Assembly: GCA_963809845.1 (NCBI GenBank) | Contig: CAWELO010000001.1 | Location: 461,742 to 525,741, forward strand | Length of the DNA: 64,000 nucleotides | Reading direction: 5' to 3' | Source: an uncultured Verrucomicrobiae bacterium | Lineage (GTDB): Bacteria > Verrucomicrobiota > Verrucomicrobiia > Limisphaerales > UBA8199 | Shown: positions 57,937 through 64,000 of the stretch, in pieces | How the letters are laid out: each line of letters starts with the position of its first letter | Position numbering within the stretch: position 1 is the first letter of the stretch | Notes under the pieces: generated by a model | Told to the model about the DNA's origin: nothing | Seen by the model: the letters and a program-made list of their open reading frames with translations, nothing else | Database searches by the model: none | Translations under genes and position numbers: made by a program

Positions 57937-58109
57937 AGTAAGGCAGCGGAAGGCAGCGGGGTCAAGCGGAAGGCGGCGGGGTCACGTCTCCACTTTTGAC
58001 AATTGATACATGACGATTCTTAGTAAGGCAACGGGGTCACGTCTCAACGTTTGACAATTGATGCCAGTAAGGCAGCGGGGTCACGTCTCAACGTTTGACA
58101 ATTGATGCC
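57937..58109. repeat. Tandem ~44-bp repeats (core GGGGTCACGTCTC.AC.TTTGACA)
   Basis: Near-identical units at 58022-58065 and 58066-58109, a third near 57970-58007, and a related copy at 56119-56147. Confidence 0.85.
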
Positions 58110-58502
58110 TGAGGGTGCAGAGAAAACAGGGTCGGAGCGGTGTATTTTGAACCGGGAAATAGGGCTGGCTGTTGGTTTCGTGTTACGGTCCAAATTGTTG
58201 TCATAAGAATGGCCGAACTGGCAGCACAAGGCTTTTGCCAAGTTGCCCTGCTCGCATCGCACCTTGTGGCCTGATGGCCAAGCTGTTCATCGTCTTGTCC
58301 CGCCGCAGCCTTGGCGAAGGAGAAAGCGTCATGACCTGCCGGGCAATAATGCTGGCGAAGTGGAATCGGTTAGCGGCGGCTGGTTGGCGAGGGAAACCCA
58401 CCAGACGACGGGAAGGGCGCGCAGGCAACAATGTTTTTGTCGAAGCCTAAAGCCGGCGCGGCTGACGGCGGGACTCGGTGGAGTGGAATCGTGGAAATGG
58501 AA

Positions 58503-58625
58503 CGACGGCGCTGAAACCCTCTCAAGGTAAACAATCCTCAGCGCCGCGTTGACCCAGGGTAGCCCCGCACTTCTTGCTGAAGGGCGGGGCTACCCTGGGC
58601 TGAGTGCTCAAATCCCTTTGGGATA
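58503..58625. repeat. REP-like palindromic element (CCCAGGGTAGCCCCGC...GCGGGGCTACCCTGGG)
   Basis: Long hairpin; homologous copy at about 61494-61612. Confidence 0.7.
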
Positions 58626-58830
58626 AACTCCGTGTTAGGCCTCACACACGAGGCCGCCGTCGTCGGCCGTACAAGTACAAGAGCACAAGTGTCAATCCCC
58701 ACTCTTTACACTTTTCGCTTGACGTTATGCTTGCGGCCGGTCAGTCCGCATCATGCCTCGCCAATTGCGCATCGGATACCCTGGAAGACTAGCTTGCTCA
58801 GCAAGAACGGGGCGATTTGCTCACCCCCTC

Positions 58831-58880
58831 ACCCGCGCAGCGCTCAGTACGAGCCGGGGCGCGAGAAGCGATTTCCTATC
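58831..58880. repeat. 50-bp direct repeat, copy 1 (possible IS end)
   Basis: Matches 61258-61307 with 2 mismatches. Confidence 0.8.
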
Positions 58881-59116
58881 CGTCGATTACCTATCAGTGA
58901 GGACAACCCTGGACTCCAACCGTGTATTCGTGAGGGAGGCTTGCGCCCCAGGGCACGGCGGATACACTCTTCTGCTTAGACGACCCTCGCAGCCACGCTT
59001 GATTCTTGATCAATCCTCCTGACGGTGCGGCTGAAAGGGCCTTCCGGCTGTTTGTTCAATGTATCCATCAGATTTATCAATTCTCGGATTAGGGGTTTCT
59101 GGGCGATGGTCTCGAT

Positions 59117-59776
59117 ATGAAAATTTCAGCGCCTCGCATTGGCAGAGCATCCGTTAAACGGAATCGTGCTCGGCACGCCTTCAGCATTTTATACTTCGGG
59201 TTGATTGGAGCCATTATGAGCTGCTTCATTGCGTCTCGATCTGAAGCCGGCACGAACCAGTCCCTGACAAATGGGCGATCAGGGACTGATCAGAAAATCG
59301 CCTTTGATGAAGACCTCGGCTTGGATACCTCCTGGGCAGCGGAAAAGAAGCTGGTCGCCTTGTTTCAGGCGCAAGGTTTCATCATGATTGGCGGTTCGTT
59401 CACCAATCACACCGAATACCGCCTCTTCAGGGCGGGACACATATCGACAAATGGAACCCACCTCAACATCCGGTGGGAGTCAACCGACAAAGGAACCGTC
59501 CAGTATGCTTATGTGCCGGCAATGTATCCCCAGCCCGCGACTTACAGGCTATCGGCCACTCGTGGCTCTCCCGGTTGTGCCGTGCTGATGTCAGTTGCGG
59601 GGAAGATCAGCGCCGACAGATTATCAGCAATCAAGGAAGCACAGCAGGAGTTCGATTCCACCAAGACTCCCGTTGTCAAAGTGAAGGGAGATTTCACAAG
59701 GCGTGGAGATTTCAGGGTCAAGGTGAACCAGGATACTGTCGAACTAGAGAACCTGTGGAAATCGAAGGGGTTGTGA
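59117..59776 (+). CDS. Hypothetical exported protein
   Basis: 219-aa ORF with a hydrophobic N-terminal segment and visibly lower GC than core genes. Confidence 0.6.
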   Translation: MKISAPRIGRASVKRNRARHAFSILYFGLIGAIMSCFIASRSEAGTNQSLTNGRSGTDQKIAFDEDLGLDTSWAAEKKLVALFQAQGFIMIGGSFTNHTEYRLFRAGHISTNGTHLNIRWESTDKGTVQYAYVPAMYPQPATYRLSATRGSPGCAVLMSVAGKISADRLSAIKEAQQEFDSTKTPVVKVKGDFTRRGDFRVKVNQDTVELENLWKSKGL

Positions 59777-59869
59777 GCGTCGCTTGGAAAGCATGTGCCC
59801 TTCGCTGCATGCTGCCTGGGAAGCTGCTGTCAAGCTTTGGTGCGGGAGCATCGTCATGTCGCGCATTCC

Positions 59870-59959
59870 GCCCAATGACCGAGCGCAACCACGCCGGACC
59901 GAGGACGCAGGCTCTCCACGAAACGGCGATCCGGCGTTGGCTGGCACGACTGGTTGGGC
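59870..59959 (+). other. attC-like integron cassette recombination site
   Basis: GCCCAAT...GTTGGGC ends with inner stem ACGCCGGA/TCCGGCGT; an ATG follows 6 nt later. Confidence 0.6.
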
Positions 59960-59965
59960 GCTTTC

Positions 59966-60226
59966 ATGTTCACGATACTCGCGTTGCCATTGCTGACGTT
60001 TTGGTTTGCTGCTGGGCGCTTGACAAGCTCGACACCGGCTCTCTGGACGGGCGTCATGGCTTCACTCGTAACGATCTGGGTCGCAACACCGCAACTCCGG
60101 CAGGACAGCAACCTGTGGCCAATCGACTTGGTGCTGCTGGCGATTACCACTGGCCTTCCGCCGGTTGTTGGCGCACTGGTGGTGAGCGTGATTCAGAAGT
60201 CAATGCGAAGTTTCGCCCGAACATAG
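59966..60226 (+). CDS. Small three-TM membrane protein (cassette-like)
   Basis: Hydrophobic 86-aa ORF directly after the attC-like site; includes NLWPIDL. Confidence 0.55.
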   Translation: MFTILALPLLTFWFAAGRLTSSTPALWTGVMASLVTIWVATPQLRQDSNLWPIDLVLLAITTGLPPVVGALVVSVIQKSMRSFART

Positions 60227-60282
60227 TCAGCGTTGAGCCTGGCTCCATAGTGTGAATTCTGGATGAAGCTTCTGTAACCACG

Positions 60283-60762
60283 ATGTTTCAAGTTGCGCAG
60301 ATTTCCCCGGCTGAAGCGCAGGAGAAGTTTCTCTGGGCTGCGCTCCTTGGCGCCGCATTCTCCCTGGTGGCTGGCTGCGGTCTTTGGTGCTTGTGGAATG
60401 GGCTGCGCAGCAGGAGATGGCCTGCAACGCCCGGGATGATTTTACGTTCGGATATTGACGGTTTTGGAGAGGTGGATGGCTCAGCATCCTACCGCATCCG
60501 AGTGGCGTATCGATATGAGGTTGACGGGCGAAAGTATTTTGGAAAACGGGTGTTCTTCGGCCAAGGGGTGCTGAACACAGGCTCGTTCGAGCGGCTCCTT
60601 CGTAAAACGGTTCGGTACGGTCCTGGTGTGTGCGTCAACGTGCGCTTCCATCCGAAGCGGCCCTACCTCTGCGTTCTTCAGCCTGGAATGAGGCTGGAAG
60701 CGTGGATTGTGACGATACTTGGGCTGAGCCTGCTCGGTTGGCTTTGTTCGGCCTTTGTTTGA
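60283..60762 (+). CDS. DUF3592-family membrane protein
   Basis: TM...SRRWPATPGMI...YRYEVDGRKY...VNVRFHPKRPYLCVL...TM. Confidence 0.8.
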   Translation: MFQVAQISPAEAQEKFLWAALLGAAFSLVAGCGLWCLWNGLRSRRWPATPGMILRSDIDGFGEVDGSASYRIRVAYRYEVDGRKYFGKRVFFGQGVLNTGSFERLLRKTVRYGPGVCVNVRFHPKRPYLCVLQPGMRLEAWIVTILGLSLLGWLCSAFV

Positions 60763-60981
60763 ACCGCATAATGGTCCCCTTAACCATCTCGGATATAAAC
60801 TCCAGGTTGCTCCCCTCTCCTGCAAGACTCTCGCAGCCCAACATCCCTCTGGCTGGTGTGTGGATGTTCTGAGCGGCCAGGACCAGGCTGAGCCTTTCAC
60901 AGCTCAACCCAGTCCTCATCCCTTATTGCTTTTGTTCGTGGGTTTTGAGCCGAACCGGTGCCGGTGCTTTGGCTGCGCCGG

Positions 60982-61254
60982 TCAGCACCTACCGCTTGGA
61001 GGCCGGGGCTTTGGATTTGCTGCCCTTGGCGGTCTTGAGTCGAAGACCGATTCGATGCGGGTGATGTAATCGGCCACGGGTATGCCTGCGACGAGCTGGC
61101 CAACAACTTCGAGCGGAATATTTTCCAAGTGCTTGAACCGGATGCAGCCATTTCCAGCATCGAGTTTCCTCCCGGTCTTCTCCCACGCTTTCCGAAACCC
61201 TTGGTCGGCTTCAGCGTCGCCGTAAGTGCACAGCAAATGCAGCGTCATGTGGTT
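60982..61254 (-). pseudogene. DUF1801-family protein, 5'-truncated
   Basis: NHMTLHL...WEKTGRKLDAGNGCIRFKHLENIPLEVVG; the frame is cut at the 61258 repeat. Confidence 0.65.
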
Positions 61255-61257
61255 CTA

Positions 61258-61307
61258 ACCCGCGCAGCGCTCAGTACGAGCCGGGGCGCGAAAAGCGATT
61301 TCTTATC
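61258..61307. repeat. 50-bp direct repeat, copy 2 (possible IS end)
   Basis: Matches 58831-58880. Confidence 0.8.
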
Positions 61308-61325
61308 AGTTGAAATCGCTCCGGC

Positions 61326-61612
61326 CTATCCTGAAAGGATAGCAGGCACTCAGCCCAGTTGAGATCCCTCCGGGCTATCCTGAAAGGATAGCAGGCACTC
61401 AGCCCTGGGTTGCGAGTCCGCGAGCTACCCTGGGTTCGCCCACCCAAACGAATGTCAACCCTGCAAGGGTTGGAGCAGAGACCCCGGGTCGGCGGTGCTG
61501 AAACCCTTTCAGGGTAAATGGCCCTCAACACCGCGTTGACCCAGGGTAGCCCCGCGCTTCCTGCGGAAGCGCGAGGCAACCCTGGGCTTAGTGCCGCAAT
61601 CCCTTCGGGATA
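61326..61612. repeat. REP-like palindrome cluster
   Basis: CTATCCTGAAAGGATAGCAGGCACTCAGCCC twice; CCCTGGGT/ACCCAGGG and ACCCTTTCAGGGT hairpins. Confidence 0.7.
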
Positions 61613-61787
61613 GACACAGCCGCCGAACCGCGCAAGGCTGATCGGCGCCGGTGCTGCGTGGGGACGAGGGCACTTCCGCGAACACCCTCTGTCACCCACC
61701 GCGACAGGCCGATCTGTCGCCGGTGCTGCGTGGCGGGCGGCGTGATTGGGAAGCGCGACAGGGATTTCCCGGCGCTCCGGGTCCTTT

Positions 61788-62885
61788 TTACGGCAGGTCG
61801 ATGCGCCTGCCGGTCCGGGCGGATTCGCGGGCCGCATCCAGTATCTCGGTGACCACCAGGTTCACGGCCAACGAGGAAAGGCCGGTGGGCCGAATCTCAC
61901 CGCCGGCCACCGCGGCCAGGTACGAAAGCGGGTCCGAATCGGGGCCGGTCAAGGGCGGAGGGGTGCTCTCGATTTCGCTCTCGTTGGGTTTGCGAACGCG
62001 CAGCACATCCGCGCGCGGCACCAGCACATAACCGGTTTTTCCATAGACTTCCATGTCCTTGCGGTCGAACGGCCAATTCCAGGAGGCCTGGATAATGCCC
62101 TGGGCCTGGGGATAAGTCAGGACGATCGTCGCTTCATCCTCCACCTTCGGGTAGATCTCCGGCTTGATGTGCTGGGTGACCGCCATGACCGAAGTCGGCC
62201 GTTGTCCGTCCATCAACCAGGTGATCAGGTCCGCCCCGTAGCAGCCGAAGTCCGTCAAGGCGCCGCCCCCGTTCAGCACCGGGTCGGTCAGCCAAGCCAG
62301 GAAATCCTGCGAACAGCCAATTTCCTTGGGACCCCGGTGGCCGTCATGCACGACGATCTTGCGCAGGGCGCCAATGGCGTGCTGCTCGTGAACCAGGCCG
62401 TACGCCGCATGGTTCCCCGGATACCAGGTGGTTTCGTAATTTACAAAAATCTCGACGCCTCCCTTTTTCGCGGCGTCGGCCATCGCCCGCGCGTCTTCGA
62501 GGCTTACGGCCAGGGGTTTTTCCATCATGACATGGATGTGGTGGGCGGCAAAGAACTCGACCACGCGGCGATGGTCGAATGGGCTGGTGAAGGTGGCGAC
62601 CGCCTGGACGTTGGTTCGCGCCAGCAAGTCTTCGGGACTGGCGAAGAACAAGTCCTGGCTCAGGCCAAAGCGCTGGCGGTAGCGCGCAACCAGCTCGGGC
62701 TTGGATTCGACGATCCCGGCCAGGACGATATCTTTTCGGCCCAAGGCCCGTGGTATGAAGCCGGCGGCGTGGTCGTGGCTGAGACCAATGATCGCGAACC
62801 GGATGGGCGTCCCCCCTTCGGCGGCGCGCAGCGGCTGCACGGCGAGACAGGTGATAATTCCCAGGAATGAGGTGAATCGAAACAT
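61788..62885 (-). CDS. Exported Gfo/Idh/MocA oxidoreductase
   Basis: Signal peptide from MFRFTSF, IGLSHDH, VMMEKP, GGGALTDFGCYG. Confidence 0.9.
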   Translation of the reverse strand: MFRFTSFLGIITCLAVQPLRAAEGGTPIRFAIIGLSHDHAAGFIPRALGRKDIVLAGIVESKPELVARYRQRFGLSQDLFFASPEDLLARTNVQAVATFTSPFDHRRVVEFFAAHHIHVMMEKPLAVSLEDARAMADAAKKGGVEIFVNYETTWYPGNHAAYGLVHEQHAIGALRKIVVHDGHRGPKEIGCSQDFLAWLTDPVLNGGGALTDFGCYGADLITWLMDGQRPTSVMAVTQHIKPEIYPKVEDEATIVLTYPQAQGIIQASWNWPFDRKDMEVYGKTGYVLVPRADVLRVRKPNESEIESTPPPLTGPDSDPLSYLAAVAGGEIRPTGLSSLAVNLVVTEILDAARESARTGRRIDLP

Positions 62886-62887
62886 AA

Positions 62888-63403
62888 TTATGGCTTTCCG
62901 AAAAAGGTTTGCATGAGGGACCCGCGCTCGGTGGCCACCGCGACGCCGGCCCCGATCCGGTGTTGCTGGAACCAGCCCTGGGGCGTTTCCAGGACGAACC
63001 GGATGTTGGCGGAGGCTGCTTCCACCGGGTTGGTATTGAACGGTTCGAGTTGGTGGATCTCCTGGATAATTCCGTCCGGATCGATGTAGGCGGCGGAGAG
63101 CGCGTAGGGGCAGTTCTTCATGTAGAAGGAGGCCCGCTGGGTGTACGGGAGCGGAAAGAGCATTCCGGCATTCGCGTCCATGTTGGTGCGAAACATCATG
63201 CCGGTGTGTTGTTGCATCGGGGTGAGCGCCAGCTCGGCGGTCATCTCCTGCGGTCCGACGTACAGCTTCATCGTCGGCAATTTCGGCTGGGCCTCGGTCG
63301 GGTCCAGGGGATCGACGGCTGTGGTCGCGGCCGGGGCGGGGGCCTTGCCGCACCCGCCGCACACGGCGATCCACACCAACCCGAGCATCCAGATGGCCTT
63401 CAT
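62888..63403 (-). CDS. DUF192-family lipoprotein
   Basis: Lipobox-like GGC, AELALTP...GMMFR...GMLF...FYMKN...VLE..QGWF. Confidence 0.9.
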   Translation of the reverse strand: MKAIWMLGLVWIAVCGGCGKAPAPAATTAVDPLDPTEAQPKLPTMKLYVGPQEMTAELALTPMQQHTGMMFRTNMDANAGMLFPLPYTQRASFYMKNCPYALSAAYIDPDGIIQEIHQLEPFNTNPVEAASANIRFVLETPQGWFQQHRIGAGVAVATERGSLMQTFFGKP

Positions 63404-63491
63404 CCAGCCTAGCATGGTGAAGTGGTGAGCGGTTTTCAACCGCCAAACCTCCGGACTTGCAATCTCTACCGCTCCCCCGCAAGCTGGCAGC

Positions 63492-64000
63492 ATGAGACAA
63501 AGTGTTATCCCCTCGCGTCCGACGGTGAACCCCGCGCGAGCCGGAGCCACAGGCGCCTGGACACGGCGTCAATTCCTGAGGACGACAGCCTTAACGGGTC
63601 TGGCCGCCCCGTTCTTCATCTCCTGCGCCGGCACGCGACCGCGCGCCCGGGTCATCCCGCCCAACAGCAAACTGAACCATGCTTCGATCGGTGTCGGGGG
63701 AATGGGCTGGAACGATTTACAGAATTTTCTGCAGCACCCGCGGGTGCGGGTCGTGGCGCTTTGCGACGTGGACGCCGAGCATCTCGACAAAGCCGCCAAG
63801 ATGGTCCCCGCGGCGCGGCTCTACTCGGACTGGCGTGAATTGCTCGAACAGGAAGGCGGCCAGATTGATTCGGTCAACCTGGCGGTGCCGGACCACATGC
63901 ATTTTTCCATTGCCGATCACGCGGTGCGCAAGGGCAAGCATGTTTACTGTCAAAAGCCCATGTGCCACGACGTGGCCGAGGTGCGCGTCCTGACCCGGGC
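63492..64000 (+). CDS. Tat-exported Gfo/Idh/MocA oxidoreductase (3' partial)
   Basis: Hand translation from ATG 63492: TRRQFL Tat motif, IGVGGMG, ALCDVD, VPDHMH, VYCQKP. Confidence 0.88.
   Translation, partial: MRQSVIPSRPTVNPARAGATGAWTRRQFLRTTALTGLAAPFFISCAGTRPRARVIPPNSKLNHASIGVGGMGWNDLQNFLQHPRVRVVALCDVDAEHLDKAAKMVPAARLYSDWRELLEQEGGQIDSVNLAVPDHMHFSIADHAVRKGKHVYCQKPMCHDVAEVRVLTR

Noticed and set aside
57937-58109. Possible CRISPR array
   Set aside because: Units are directly tandem or separated by one short gap, with no series of unique equal-length spacers and no cas genes.
62886-63572. N-terminal extension of the 594-aa ORF as a fusion protein
   Set aside because: It overlaps the DUF192 gene in another frame; a signal peptide begins at ATG 62885.

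Overview
High-GC bacterial chromosomal DNA, most consistent with a Verrucomicrobiota (Pedosphaerales-like) genome. That assignment is an inference from dapL, Tat-exported Gfo/Idh/MocA paralogs, an FFRL-type C-terminal motif and the repeat types. Most of the window is housekeeping or envelope genes: Fe-S scaffold, rlmN, glucan phosphorylase, dtd, thiE, dapL, waaF-lpxL-lpxK, regulators and transporters. Several genes carry single-base frameshifts that look like assembly errors. Highlights: (1) an 11.5-kb, eight-gene minus-strand operon with three SPFH (HflK/HflC-like) proteins, an atypical P1B ATPase, an ABC system (one permease with an EF-hand) and an exported helical protein, with no ftsH; (2) a secreted protein with an apparently circularly permuted caspase/legumain domain; (3) a CckA-like hybrid kinase lacking its phospho-acceptor His; (4) a free-standing 54-aa ORF matching only the last helix and tail of an Amt transporter; (5) an actinomycete-type deoxy/amino-sugar cassette; (6) an OLD-like ATPase-TOPRIM gene preceded by an Hsp70 stub; (7) a 55-61.6 kb mobile-element scar with nested MITEs in an RHS remnant, an IS1202-like remnant, a DinJ/RelB-MazF pair and an attC-like site. 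No rRNA, tRNA or CRISPR array was recognised. All family assignments come from motif recognition by eye; no database searches were run.
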